Below the pieces are notes generated by a model that saw only the letters and a list, made by a program, of their open reading frames with translations, was not told where the DNA came from and ran no database searches. Positions 37,275-47,817 of a DNA stretch of 64,000 nucleotides are shown here, piece after piece. The translations under genes were made by a program, and so were the position numbers. Source of the stretch: Polyangiaceae bacterium (lineage in GTDB: Bacteria > Myxococcota_A > Polyangia > Polyangiales > Polyangiaceae); the NCBI GenBank assembly GCA_033763455.1, contig JANRKO010000047.1, positions 96,001-160,000 of the forward strand. The letters are read 5' to 3'. Numbering within the stretch: the first letter of the stretch is position 1; each line of letters begins with the position of its first letter.

Positions 37275-37553
37275 TCAAACGAACCCAGCTTTACGTGCAC
37301 TTTGCTGCGGAGCATCCACCGAGCCGGCGTAAATGTCCGCGAGGGCTAGGACATAGATCTCGTCCTTAACGGTGCGCAGCCTCACGAGCGGCCCGTCCGC
37401 GCGCAAGGCGCCAATTCGGCTCACCGACATGCCTGTACCGGCTGCCGACACGTACAACGTGATGTGCCGCCCTTCGGGCAACTCCATCCAACCTTCTGCG
37501 GCCTTCTTCGCGCCTGCCTCGGCGATCAACGCCTCCAAATGCTCGTTTGTCAT
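37275..37553 (-). CDS. Small hypothetical protein (92 aa)
   Basis: ATG start, protein-like composition, fills the gap upstream of thiG. Confidence 0.7.
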   Translation of the reverse strand: MTNEHLEALIAEAGAKKAAEGWMELPEGRHITLYVSAAGTGMSVSRIGALRADGPLVRLRTVKDEIYVLALADIYAGSVDAPQQSARKAGFV

Positions 37554-37657
37554 GGCGGAAACTTAGCGCACCTTTGAGGCCCGCGAGTCAAGCCTTGGGC
37601 ATTTTTAGCCGTGTTCTTGTGCATTCATGGGGGCGCCCTATGCTCGCTCGCTCTTGC

Positions 37658-38488
37658 ATGGCGGCCTCCCCGGACCCGATCCCCTCGACGAAAGCCTCGC
37701 CCGCACACGCCGGGCCTTCCGGCCCGCATATTGTGATCCAGGGCCTCGGCAAGAAGTTCGGAGACTTCGAAGCGCTTGCGGACGTGAATATGAGCATCGG
37801 CCGCGGCGAAATCGTAGTCGTGATTGGAGGCTCGGGCGCTGGAAAAAGCACGTTGCTGAAAATCCTCATTGGCCTCGATAAGCCAAGCACGGGATCGATT
37901 CTGGTAAACGGCGCGGACATTGTTCCGCTGAAGGAACGCGAGATGAATCGCGTCCGCACCAAATTCGGCATGGTTTTCCAGTATTCCGCCCTGCTCGATT
38001 CGATGAATGTGCTCGACAACGTGGCTTTCCCCCTGCGCGAACACACAAAATTGAGTGAAAAAGAAATCCGAACACGCGTCATCGAAAAGCTAAAGGTCCT
38101 AGATCTAGTGGACATCGAAGAGCGTTTCCCGAGCCAACTCTCAGGCGGCATGCGAAAACGCGTGGGGCTCGCGCGCGCTCTCATGTTGGAGCCCGAAGTC
38201 CTGATGTACGACGAGCCCACGAGCGGCCTCGATCCCATCACAAGCCGCCTCGTGGATCGCCTAATTGTCGAAACGCGCGATCGCTTCGGCGTCACGAGTA
38301 TCGTGATCAGCCACGATATGGCCGGCGCCCTCAGAATCGCAGACCAAATCCATATTCTGTCAAAGGGCCGGCTGGTGGCGAGCGGTACTCCGAAGGAGCT
38401 TGTGGAGGGGGATAACGCGTTGGCTCAGGAGTTCTTTGAGTCGAGCGGGATTGATGCGCGGGGGTTGGCGGGGATGGCGGCGCGCTGA
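37658..38488 (+). CDS. ABC ATPase, MlaF/Mkl family
   Basis: GGSGAGKS, GMVFQ.SAL.DS.NV..NVAFPLREH, LSGGMRKRVGLARAL, YDEPTSGLDP. Confidence 0.9.
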   Translation: MAASPDPIPSTKASPAHAGPSGPHIVIQGLGKKFGDFEALADVNMSIGRGEIVVVIGGSGAGKSTLLKILIGLDKPSTGSILVNGADIVPLKEREMNRVRTKFGMVFQYSALLDSMNVLDNVAFPLREHTKLSEKEIRTRVIEKLKVLDLVDIEERFPSQLSGGMRKRVGLARALMLEPEVLMYDEPTSGLDPITSRLVDRLIVETRDRFGVTSIVISHDMAGALRIADQIHILSKGRLVASGTPKELVEGDNALAQEFFESSGIDARGLAGMAAR

Positions 38489-38539
38489 GTTGCGTTGGGG
38501 CCGAGCCGAAGTCATTGCGCGCGCGGACGGGCTGAGTCT

Positions 38540-39529
38540 ATGGTTCGGGGAGTGGCAAAATCAATTCTCGTAACAGGCTCGGCAGGCTTCATCGGCTCCC
38601 ACACGGCCGAAGCGCTGCTTCGTCGGGGCGATCAGGTCATCGGGCTCGACAATCTGAACGACTATTACAGCCCAAAGCGCAAGCGCCAGAACCTCGCCGA
38701 AATCGCGGCCACGGCCCGAGCGTCAGGAGGGACCTTCGAGTTCATCGAGGGAGACATTCGGGATCGGGCGCTTTTGGATCAGCTCTTCGCCAAGTACTCC
38801 ATTTCATCGGTTGCTCATCTTGCCGCCATGGCCGGAGTCCGCGTGTCTGTGGAAGATCCTTGGCTTTACTACGACGTGAACCTGACGGGCACACTCAACC
38901 TGTTGGATGCGGCGCTCCGCCACGGGAAGCCTAATTTCGCCTTCGCGGGAACCAGCAGCGCCTATGGGCGCTCAGATGTGGTGCCATTCGTCGAGACGGA
39001 TCCAGCGGATCGCCCCCTCGCACCCTATCCCGCAAGCAAGCGTTCCGCCGAATTGTTGGGCCACGCCTACCACCACTTGCACGGCATCGATTTCACTGCT
39101 TTGCGCTTTTTCACGGTGTATGGCCCGCGCGGTCGCCCGGACATGATGGCCTACAAGGTCCTCGATTCTATTCGTCTGGGTGTTGAAATTCCCCTGTATA
39201 ACGCGGGGAAAATGCACCGAGATTGGACCTACGTGGATGACATCGTAAGTGGCGTGGTAGCCGCGTGCGATACTCGCCTTGGCTACGAAGTGATCAACCT
39301 TGGGCGCGGTGAGCCCGTGTTGCTGGCTGACTTCGTCGAGGGGGTTCAGTCGTTAGCCGGCAAGCCGGCCAAGCTGAAAGATGCGCCCATGATGGATGCT
39401 GACGTCAGCTACACCTATGCTGACATCTCGAAAGCACGCCGGCTCTTGGGCTATCAGCCCAAGACCAGTGTAGAAGTCGGCGTTCGGAATTTTTACAAGT
39501 GGTACCAAGCGGCTGTTGCGTCAGAATAG
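38540..39529 (+). CDS. NAD-dependent epimerase, UDP-glucuronate 4-epimerase-like
   Basis: TGSAGFIG, DNLNDYY, HLAAMAGVR.S, YPASK, LRFFTVYGPRGRPDM, RDWTYVDD. Confidence 0.88.
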   Translation: MVRGVAKSILVTGSAGFIGSHTAEALLRRGDQVIGLDNLNDYYSPKRKRQNLAEIAATARASGGTFEFIEGDIRDRALLDQLFAKYSISSVAHLAAMAGVRVSVEDPWLYYDVNLTGTLNLLDAALRHGKPNFAFAGTSSAYGRSDVVPFVETDPADRPLAPYPASKRSAELLGHAYHHLHGIDFTALRFFTVYGPRGRPDMMAYKVLDSIRLGVEIPLYNAGKMHRDWTYVDDIVSGVVAACDTRLGYEVINLGRGEPVLLADFVEGVQSLAGKPAKLKDAPMMDADVSYTYADISKARRLLGYQPKTSVEVGVRNFYKWYQAAVASE

Positions 39530-39568
39530 CGGCCTAATCGATCGAATTTAGCGGGAAACGAATCTTCT

Positions 39569-40519
39569 ATGGGACTTGGCTCAGCAAGAAAAACTGCACT
39601 GGTGACCGGCGCAGCCGGATTTCTAGGGTCACACCTGGTGGATCGCTTACTCGCCGAAGGTTTTGAGGTGGTGGGCCTCGATAATTTGATGACGGGGGAT
39701 CTTACGAACCTTTCGAGTGCGGCCCGCGATCCACACTTTCATTTCCAGGCGGGTGACGTTCGCGAACCGATGCACGTGTACGCTGAGGTCATCTTCAATT
39801 TCGCTTGTCCTGCCTCACCGGTTCACTACCAACACGATCCTTACGCGACGTTTACGACAAGCGTAATGGGGGCACAGCGGCTGATCGAAATGGCCCGAGG
39901 GCGGCCGTGCACTATCATTCAAGCTTCCACCTCAGAGGTGTACGGAGATCCACTTATCCACCCGCAGCCCGAAAGCTACTGGGGCAATGTGAACCCCATT
40001 GGTGAGCGCGCGTGCTACGACGAAGGTAAGCGCGGCGCCGAAACACTGCTAAATGACGCCCGGCGCCGATGGGGTGTGGACGCACGGTTAGTCCGGATCT
40101 TCAACACGTATGGGCCACGCATGGCCCGCAATGATGGTCGGGTTGTTTCGAATTTCATCATGCAGGCGCTGGAGCAAAAGCCGCTCACAATTTTTGGGAC
40201 GGGCAGCCAATCTCGATCATTCTGTTACGTAGATGACCTGATTGAGGGGTTTTTCCGGGTCTCGCGCTTGGCGGAGCTCAACGGCCCCATGAACTTGGGA
40301 AACCCGAATGAGTTCACAGTGCGGGAGCTCGCGGAAATGGTAATTCGGCTCACTGAATCTAGGTCTCCGCTAGTTGCGGAGCCGCTGCCATCGGACGATC
40401 CAAAACAGCGGCGCCCCGACATCACGACTGCGCAGCGTCTGATCGACTTCGTACCTGCCGTGCCGCTGCAAGAAGGGCTTCGAAAGACCATCGACGACTT
40501 TCGCGGGCGGTTTGCGTGA
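39569..40519 (+). CDS. UDP-glucuronate decarboxylase (UDP-xylose synthase)
   Basis: GAAGFLGSHL, ACPASPVHYQ, ASTSEVYGDP, YWGNVNPIG.R.CYDEGKR, DDPKQRRPDI. Confidence 0.93.
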   Translation: MGLGSARKTALVTGAAGFLGSHLVDRLLAEGFEVVGLDNLMTGDLTNLSSAARDPHFHFQAGDVREPMHVYAEVIFNFACPASPVHYQHDPYATFTTSVMGAQRLIEMARGRPCTIIQASTSEVYGDPLIHPQPESYWGNVNPIGERACYDEGKRGAETLLNDARRRWGVDARLVRIFNTYGPRMARNDGRVVSNFIMQALEQKPLTIFGTGSQSRSFCYVDDLIEGFFRVSRLAELNGPMNLGNPNEFTVRELAEMVIRLTESRSPLVAEPLPSDDPKQRRPDITTAQRLIDFVPAVPLQEGLRKTIDDFRGRFA

Positions 40520-40580
40520 GAGCCGAGGGCTCGGGCTTCACTGTTTGGTTCACTGGGCTTCCAAATCATGAGCCGCTTGC

Positions 40581-41783
40581 TCACTTAGGCGCGGGACCCG
40601 AGGGCATCAGGCCGGCATAAACACGCTCGTACTTAGCTACTATGTTCCCCGCATCGAACAGTTCGCGAGCGACGACTTCGGCACGGCGCCCGACTTGCTG
40701 CCAATCTTCGGGTGACCTTGCTTGAGCGGCTACGGTGGCAAGGAGTGCTTCATAGTCTCCCTGCTTGATGACCAGTCCGCAGGCGTGCCCATCGAGTATT
40801 TCTTGCGCTGATGCCACGTCGAAAGAGATCACGCCCGTACCGCATGCCAGGCTCTCGATCATCGCGCGTGCCAAACCCTCGTGAGCACTTGCACAGAGGA
40901 CGCAGTCCAAGCTTTGATAAAAACGGGCAACATGCGCCGAAAAGCCGACAAAGCGTACCAGGTCTTCCAACCCGTGCTTCGCCACCGCTTCTTGACAGGA
41001 CCTCGCATACTGGTCCGTATGAGGTACAAAATCGCCGACGAACCAGAATCGAACATTCTGTGGCAACAGGTTTCGATACTTAGCTAACGCCAGAATGAGT
41101 TCGAGTTGTTGTTTTTTGGGTACAATCGCTCCCACAATGCCCACGGCAAATTCACCTGGCCGCATCCCCAACGCATCCCGCATCCGCTCCCGACTCTCCG
41201 CGTCGAGAGCGCACATCACCGTAAAATCAACCACGCTGTAGATGGCTCGTATGGGGGCTACCCAGTGCCCCGGAACGCAACGCGGGAGCGTGGTCTTGGC
41301 CTCAACGAAAAGGCGCATTTCCTCAGACAGTACGATCACCTCGTTGGCAACGAGCCTCGCCGCTGACCATTTGGTTCCCCCGACCCCCAAAGTGTCCCGA
41401 ATGTTGTGCACAATCCCCGCGCCTGCGAGCCGGGCGCCAATGCCGTAGTGGATCATCGCATACAGGTCATTGCAGTGAACCACATGGACCCGCGTTCGGC
41501 TTATGTAGCGATAGGCGTGGATGTTGGAGCGCAGAATGCCCATGGCTCGTTCCAACTTCGACATTCGGCGTGTTTCGGTTGCCGGCGTGGCAATCGGCCA
41601 CACCTCGACGCGGCGTCCCGGTTCGGCCCAACGCGTCGTCGCGTCTGACTGAATCTGAGTCACGAGCAGTGGCGTGAACTCCTTGAGGTTGGAAAGCAGG
41701 TGCAGCAGACTTGAAATCCCCCCATTGGCCTGGTGCGTGCTTTGAAACGCTATCACCAAGAGGGGGGGTCGTAGCTCGGACAT
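40581..41783 (-). CDS. Glycosyltransferase, GT4 family
   Basis: VVHCND, GAIVPKKQQ, VRFVGF, EGLARAMIESLACG. Confidence 0.88.
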   Translation of the reverse strand: MSELRPPLLVIAFQSTHQANGGISSLLHLLSNLKEFTPLLVTQIQSDATTRWAEPGRRVEVWPIATPATETRRMSKLERAMGILRSNIHAYRYISRTRVHVVHCNDLYAMIHYGIGARLAGAGIVHNIRDTLGVGGTKWSAARLVANEVIVLSEEMRLFVEAKTTLPRCVPGHWVAPIRAIYSVVDFTVMCALDAESRERMRDALGMRPGEFAVGIVGAIVPKKQQLELILALAKYRNLLPQNVRFWFVGDFVPHTDQYARSCQEAVAKHGLEDLVRFVGFSAHVARFYQSLDCVLCASAHEGLARAMIESLACGTGVISFDVASAQEILDGHACGLVIKQGDYEALLATVAAQARSPEDWQQVGRRAEVVARELFDAGNIVAKYERVYAGLMPSGPAPK

Positions 41784-42028
41784 CAAGGGAATTCTTTACC
41801 TCCTGCCTCGGGGCCCTGCCCACCCCGCAGAAATCTAAGCACTGACATTTCGGGCCATACGGCCGAACTGGGGCGACCGTTGGTTGTGAGTTTCGCAGTG
41901 TGCTGAATCGCGATGAACCAGAACGCCCGAGGGTGCAACCTATTCACACCGGGAAGCCCCAAAATTCGTGGTGATCGGGCTAGGCATTGCTCGCGATTGA
42001 GCGTATTCCGATCCGCATCGCTCCTATC

Positions 42029-44251
42029 ATGACCCCAGCACGTCCAGACCTACTACCCGCAGAAGACGCTATAACCCTCCCTCGCCTCATGGCAGCCGCT
42101 CGAAAGAGCTGGGGGTTAATTCTTCTAATTGGCGCCTCCGTTCTTGTTGCGACAGCCTTTTATACACTGCGACAGAGGCCGATCTATCAGTCGAAAGTTA
42201 CCGTGCAGATCGATCCAAACCCGGTCCGTCCGCTGGGCAAGGACGTTCAAGGAGTCGTAGATATTGGAACTGGCGCCTATTGGAGCAACCAGGAATATTA
42301 CAACACTCAGTACAAGATCATCCAAAGCCGGAAAATAGCTGAACAGACGGTCCAGAAGCTTGGTCTCAACCTCGACGTCAACTTCATGCGCAATCAGCCG
42401 GGGGACGCCCGGGGCGACGGTAAGCCAGCCTCCGTGGAGTTAGCTGGTGAGGTGCTGCGCAGTCGCCTCACTGTGGAGCCAGTGAAGGACTCGCGCCTCG
42501 TAGTGATCAGCCTCGAGGATGCTAGCCCAACCCGAGCACAGCGGATTGTGGCCACGCTCGCAGAAATTTACGTAGAGCAGAACATTGATCGCTTCGTGGA
42601 CTCCACGAACTCAGCGGTCGAATGGCTCGGCGAGCAGCTCGACAAGCTAAAGAAGGAACTCGAGCAATCCGAATTTGCCCTGCATCAATATAAGCAGAAA
42701 AACAGCATACTTTCTCTTTCTCTGGACGATCAATCGAACATGCTGCGGGCAGAGATGACCCAGCTCAACGACCAGCTAACCAACGTGCGAACGCGCATTG
42801 AGCACCTCAGCGCGCGCGCGGCGGAAATTGAAAAGCTGCCGGTTGACGACCTTGACAAACTGGCGGTCACCGAACTCCTTCAAAACGCGGTGGTGAACGA
42901 CCTCCGAAAGTCCTACCTTGATGCAGTCCGCGAGCGCGACAGCCTGCTCAGATCAGGCAAAGGTGAAGAGCATCCCCAGAGCCTCTCGGCGACTTCGCGA
43001 GTCGAAACGGCGAAGGCAGCCCTGCTATCCGAAATTCGCAACGTAAGGCTTGCCCTGAAGAATGACCTGGTCGCGTCACGCCGAGAAGCAGAAGGCCTGC
43101 GTTCCCTGTTCGCAAACTCTGAAAAACGAGCGCTCGATCTCAACCTTTTAGAGATGGAGTACGGGCGGCTCCAACGCAGCAAGAATAACACAGAAAAGCT
43201 GTATTCTGTGGTGCTGGATCGGACCAAAGAAAGCGGCTTGAGCGGCCTCATGCGGTTCAACAACATTATGGTCGTTGACTCTGCGCAGCTACCCAAGGGT
43301 CCCATCAAGCCCAATGTCACCTCCAACCTTGCTATTGGAGCCTTCGCGGGCTTGCTGCTGGGATTCATGGTCGCGCTCGGTCGGGATCTCCTTGATCGAA
43401 GCGTGAAGCACCCCGAACAGCTGGAAACGGATCTTGGGCTCACTTTTCTCGGCACACTGCCCCGCGGTGACGCCGCAGACGGAGGCCGCCACTATGGTCG
43501 CCGAAATAGACGCACCGTTCCCGCTGCCGAAGCTGCCGGAAGGATTGAATTGCTCGGCCACACGGATCCCACGAGCGGCCTTGCTGAGGCAGCCCGGGCA
43601 ATTCGCACCAACATCCTCTTTATGTCGCCGGACAACCCTCATCGACGTCTCCTAATTACAAGCGCCGGTCCATCTGAGGGCAAAACGACGGCGGCGTGCT
43701 GCATCGCTGTCGCCATGGCGCAAGCCGGCCAACGAGTCCTCCTAGTAGATTGCGACCTCCGTCGACCCAGGATCCATCGGGTATTCGGCAAGACGAATGA
43801 CGTCGGAGTTACGACAGCACTTTTAGATCCGGCTTCGCTCGATGCCGCTATCCAGTCAACGCCCGTCCAAGGAATGAGCGTTCTGGTCAGTGGCCCTCAG
43901 GTGCCAAACCCGGCGGAAATTCTGCAGAGTGACGCCTTTGGCCATTTGCTCGACGAGCTCTCCGGACGCTTCGATCGAGTTGTAATCGACAGCCCGCCCA
44001 TTGTGCCTGTCACGGACGCAACGGTGCTGTCGAAGCGTGTTGATGGACTCATTCTGGTTGTCCGCGCCTTTGCAACTAATCGCGAATTGGTGCGCCAAGC
44101 CGTGCGTGTTTTGAGGGACGTTAGCGCTCCGTTGATCGGGGCCCTGCTGAACGGCGTGGACTCGGAACGCTCAGGCTACAGCCAGTACCAGTACTACTAT
44201 TCTCGTGGCTACGGGGATAACCCCACCTCCACCGGGGACCGAACGGCATGA
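42029..44251 (+). CDS. wzc: Wzc-type polysaccharide co-polymerase / tyrosine autokinase
   Basis: Two TM segments flanking a coiled coil; EAARAIRTN, SAGPSEGKTT, VDCDLRRP, IDSPP; C-terminal Tyr cluster YSQYQYYY. Confidence 0.93.
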   Translation: MTPARPDLLPAEDAITLPRLMAAARKSWGLILLIGASVLVATAFYTLRQRPIYQSKVTVQIDPNPVRPLGKDVQGVVDIGTGAYWSNQEYYNTQYKIIQSRKIAEQTVQKLGLNLDVNFMRNQPGDARGDGKPASVELAGEVLRSRLTVEPVKDSRLVVISLEDASPTRAQRIVATLAEIYVEQNIDRFVDSTNSAVEWLGEQLDKLKKELEQSEFALHQYKQKNSILSLSLDDQSNMLRAEMTQLNDQLTNVRTRIEHLSARAAEIEKLPVDDLDKLAVTELLQNAVVNDLRKSYLDAVRERDSLLRSGKGEEHPQSLSATSRVETAKAALLSEIRNVRLALKNDLVASRREAEGLRSLFANSEKRALDLNLLEMEYGRLQRSKNNTEKLYSVVLDRTKESGLSGLMRFNNIMVVDSAQLPKGPIKPNVTSNLAIGAFAGLLLGFMVALGRDLLDRSVKHPEQLETDLGLTFLGTLPRGDAADGGRHYGRRNRRTVPAAEAAGRIELLGHTDPTSGLAEAARAIRTNILFMSPDNPHRRLLITSAGPSEGKTTAACCIAVAMAQAGQRVLLVDCDLRRPRIHRVFGKTNDVGVTTALLDPASLDAAIQSTPVQGMSVLVSGPQVPNPAEILQSDAFGHLLDELSGRFDRVVIDSPPIVPVTDATVLSKRVDGLILVVRAFATNRELVRQAVRVLRDVSAPLIGALLNGVDSERSGYSQYQYYYSRGYGDNPTSTGDRTA

Positions 44252-44278
44252 TTTGCAGCTACAGCGGAGGCTCGAACG

Positions 44279-46237
44279 GTGCGTCGTCTCCTCAATAGAA
44301 CTTCCCAAATCCTCCTTGATCTCCTGGCGTTGAGCATTGCCTTCGCCTTAGCGTTCTTCGCCCGCTTTGACTGGGCACCACCGGCGGAAATGGTCACGCG
44401 CGGCGGTCTTTTGTTGCCCTATGTAGTTGCCCTGCAGTACGCAATCCTGACGAGCTTTGGAATCAATCGCTACGTGTGGCGCTACGTGGGGCTGCGCGAG
44501 GCTACCCGCATTTTCATTGCGATCTCGCTTTCCTCGGCTCTCTTGTTGCTCTGCCGGCTGGTGCTGCCGCTGTTCTTCAATTCAAGGCTCGTGACCGTCG
44601 TTTTGCCCCTAGGCGTCATCCTCATCAATTTTCCGCTAGCGTTTCTCTCGACTGCAGGCCTTCGTGTCGCGCGACGCCTTTTCGCAGAGCGGAACCTGCT
44701 GCGGTCTAGGCAAGCCGATACGGCGGAGCCCATTCCCACTATCTTGGTCGGCGCAGGGCAGGTCGGCCTCCTGGTCGCCAAGGAGCTCGAAGCTCGCCCC
44801 GATGTTGGCATTATGCCCATTGCATTCGTCGACGACGACTCACTCAAACACGGCAGCGTACTTCACGGGCTCCCGGTGAGAGGCGGTCCCGACGCAATAT
44901 TAAAAATCGTCAGAGAAACAGGCGCGCAACAGGTGCTCATAACCATCGCTAACCCTTCGGGCGACGTAATCCGTCGCATCAGTGAGTTGAGCGAGTCTAT
45001 TGGTATCTCGGTAAAAATTGTTCCGGGCCTCTACGAGTTGATGACAGGCTCGGTAAACCTTTCGCGTATACGAAGCGTCTCGATCGAAGACCTGCTTCGG
45101 CGCAAACCCGTGATTCTTACCACGGATAAGATTGAGGGGTTTCTCGCTGCGCGAACGGTAGCCGTTACCGGAGCTGGGGGCAGCATCGGCTCCGAGCTGT
45201 GCCGCCAGATCTGTGCGTTCCAGCCCGGATGCTTGGTGCTGGTGGAGCAAGCCGAGAACGCCTTATTTTCAATCCATTGCGAGCTCGCACGGGCATTCCC
45301 CAACCTCGAGATCGTCCCCTGTATCGCGGACGTCTGCGATAGCAAGCGAATTGAGACAATCTTTGCGCAGCACAGGCCTTCGGCGGTGTTCCATGCGGCC
45401 GCGCACAAGCACGTACCGATGATGGAATTGAATGTTGGCGAGGCAATCAAGAACAATATTAACGGAACGCGCATCGTAGCCGACGCCGCGCATGCCGCAG
45501 GTGTTGAGCGCTTTGTGCTTGTTTCCACAGACAAAGCCGTTAACCCCTCGTCGGTGATGGGCGCCACTAAGCGCGCAGCGGAGCTCTACATCCAGTCGCT
45601 TTCCGAACGCAGCGCAACGAGATTTGCGGCTGTGCGCTTTGGTAATGTGCTCGGAAGTGCAGGCAGCGTCGTGCCCATCTTTCAGGCGCAGATTGCCCGG
45701 GGTGGGCCTGTTACGGTGACAGACCCAGAGATGAGGCGCTACTTCATGACCATTCCGGAGGCGTGTCAGCTCGTGCTGCAAGCCGCTTCAATGGGAGAAG
45801 GTGGGGAGATTTTCGTGCTGGATATGGGTCAACCGGTCAAGATTGTGGACCTTGCCCGAGACCTCATTCGCCTAAGCGGCCTTCGACCTGACCTTGACGT
45901 GAAAATCGTTTTCACTGGCGTGAGGCCGGGAGAAAAACTCTTCGAGGAGCTCATCGCCGACGATGAACGCACGATGAAGACAACCCACCCAAGCATTCTG
46001 ATCGGGCGTTTGAAATCACCTCCCTGGGAGTCAACATCAGAGCGAGTCGACTCAATCGTTAATGCAGCGCTTGCGCAACAGCCGGAGGATGCACTCCGAG
46101 AAAGGCTCCTAGCTCTCGTCCCTGAGTACGCAAGGCCGACGGAAGACCACTCCGCCGACCGCCTGGCTCGCTCCATTGATGTCCACCAATCGGCTCACGC
46201 GCCTCACCTCATGCAGAAGGCCGTTCCAACTACCTAA
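44279..46237 (+). CDS. Membrane-bound nucleotide-sugar 4,6-dehydratase (CapD/PglF/WbpM family)
   Basis: 4 TM; IEDLLRR, TGAGGSIGSEL, HAAAHKHVP, STDKAVNP..VMGATKR, RFGNVLGS.GSV, RPGEKL. Confidence 0.95.
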   Translation: MRRLLNRTSQILLDLLALSIAFALAFFARFDWAPPAEMVTRGGLLLPYVVALQYAILTSFGINRYVWRYVGLREATRIFIAISLSSALLLLCRLVLPLFFNSRLVTVVLPLGVILINFPLAFLSTAGLRVARRLFAERNLLRSRQADTAEPIPTILVGAGQVGLLVAKELEARPDVGIMPIAFVDDDSLKHGSVLHGLPVRGGPDAILKIVRETGAQQVLITIANPSGDVIRRISELSESIGISVKIVPGLYELMTGSVNLSRIRSVSIEDLLRRKPVILTTDKIEGFLAARTVAVTGAGGSIGSELCRQICAFQPGCLVLVEQAENALFSIHCELARAFPNLEIVPCIADVCDSKRIETIFAQHRPSAVFHAAAHKHVPMMELNVGEAIKNNINGTRIVADAAHAAGVERFVLVSTDKAVNPSSVMGATKRAAELYIQSLSERSATRFAAVRFGNVLGSAGSVVPIFQAQIARGGPVTVTDPEMRRYFMTIPEACQLVLQAASMGEGGEIFVLDMGQPVKIVDLARDLIRLSGLRPDLDVKIVFTGVRPGEKLFEELIADDERTMKTTHPSILIGRLKSPPWESTSERVDSIVNAALAQQPEDALRERLLALVPEYARPTEDHSADRLARSIDVHQSAHAPHLMQKAVPTT

Positions 46238-46353
46238 ACTTCATGACCGTTTCTCTTAAAGACTGTGCGGCGCGGAGCTCGTCCACCGGTCCGTCTACCG
46301 ACCATCCAATGCCAGGGCAGCATGCGCCAAGGCGCGTTAGGGTCGGGTAGGCC

Positions 46354-47817
46354 ATGGCCTCGGCGCCAATCACAGCAGTCCCCGGTGCCCGCAACCCTGC
46401 TTGGACGCTCCTTCGAATTTTCCTTTTCGCCGGCGCAGCATGCATCGTTTTCCTATTTGTCACTAACCAGGCGAGCAATGAGGAGATCATAGCTGTTCTC
46501 CCATGGCTTTGCGTTGCGGTGGCGTTGCAGCTCCTTCCCATATTCACAACACGCTCGGGCGACCTATTCAGCCCGCCATCTTGGACTGGGCTCAAGGACG
46601 GTTTCGATCTCATAGTGATCATCGTCGGGGTCTTCGCAGCCCAACGGATCGAGCTGGGCCCGCTGTCGGCCCTGTCCACGGCAACCCGTATTGACCTCAC
46701 CCAGCAAGTGGCGATGCTGCAAATCACCTCGCGCGGCGCGTACCTCCTTGGGTACTTTTGGCCAATTAATCGCGGGCTCGCTACCCGCTTCCCGGACTTA
46801 ACCGCGCGCGCTTGGCGGCCCACTCGCCTCCTCTTCGCTTCGCTAATTCTAGCGAGCATTTTCGTGTTTACGTACGCCCAGTTTCAGTCGCGTTTGGGGG
46901 GCGATCTTTGGGACATCACGCGACTCCGGGAAGGAAAGGCCGTATGGCGCGACGATGTGACGATGACCTGGATGACGCGCGGGGTTCAATTCGGCTTCTT
47001 ACCTGTCATCTTGCTATTTCTGTACTCGGGAACTACGCGTTCGCGGGCAGCCCTAGTCACGAGCGGTCTGCTCTTCCTAGTTGTGGCTTTCTTCGCTAAC
47101 CGCTTGGGGCAGCGGGGCCCGGCTGTTGCGGTGGGCGCTGCCCTGCTGATGCTCTTTCACTATACCTGGCGGCGGGTGCCCCTGGCCTCCTTTGTGGGCT
47201 TACTGCTCATTGCGCTAGTCACAACCAATGTGCTCGGAACCTTTCGCAGCAGTGAACGCGTCGACACCACCTTCGAGGATGAATTTTCTGCTCGTATTTC
47301 CAAACCAGGAGATGCGATGGCCGAGCATGCCACTGATCGAGCCAGGCTAACGGCTCAAGCAGCTGTGCTATATTACTTTCCCGACAAGCGCAGCTATCTT
47401 TTGGGCGAGAGCTGGGAGCCGCTAGCAACGCTGCTCATCCCCAAATGGATTTGGCCGGAAAAGCACGACGGGGAACTCTGGACCGACACGCGTATCGTCC
47501 CAAGGCTCATCGGAGTCCTTGCGCCAGTTTCGTTTCCCACGATGCTTTACGCAAATTTCTCATGGATTGGAGTATTCTTGTGCATGTATCTATGGGGAGT
47601 GTTCCACGCGAACCTGTATGCATGGCACACAAACGCCAGCGTCCCCTCCACCGCAATGCTGTACGTCCTCACTCTCGTGGTGTTCACGCCGACCTTTTTG
47701 GGTATTTCAGGGGCGCTACAATTCGTATTGCCGATGCTTTTATTGCTGCGTTTTGTCACTGTGAAGCGCCACACTACTCCGGCTGAGAACCGTAGGAATA
47801 CGCCTCGAACGTTCTGA
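46354..47817 (+). CDS. Putative Wzy polymerase
   Basis: About 10-11 TM segments with a large late periplasmic loop; LIPKWIWPEK motif; locus context. Confidence 0.65.
   Translation: MASAPITAVPGARNPAWTLLRIFLFAGAACIVFLFVTNQASNEEIIAVLPWLCVAVALQLLPIFTTRSGDLFSPPSWTGLKDGFDLIVIIVGVFAAQRIELGPLSALSTATRIDLTQQVAMLQITSRGAYLLGYFWPINRGLATRFPDLTARAWRPTRLLFASLILASIFVFTYAQFQSRLGGDLWDITRLREGKAVWRDDVTMTWMTRGVQFGFLPVILLFLYSGTTRSRAALVTSGLLFLVVAFFANRLGQRGPAVAVGAALLMLFHYTWRRVPLASFVGLLLIALVTTNVLGTFRSSERVDTTFEDEFSARISKPGDAMAEHATDRARLTAQAAVLYYFPDKRSYLLGESWEPLATLLIPKWIWPEKHDGELWTDTRIVPRLIGVLAPVSFPTMLYANFSWIGVFLCMYLWGVFHANLYAWHTNASVPSTAMLYVLTLVVFTPTFLGISGALQFVLPMLLLLRFVTVKRHTTPAENRRNTPRTF

Noticed and set aside
41762..41768. 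Phase-variable homopolymer in GT4 (also G7 near 57489 and G8 near 21507)
   Set aside because: Tracts of 7-8 nt are expected in GC-rich DNA, and the reading frames are intact
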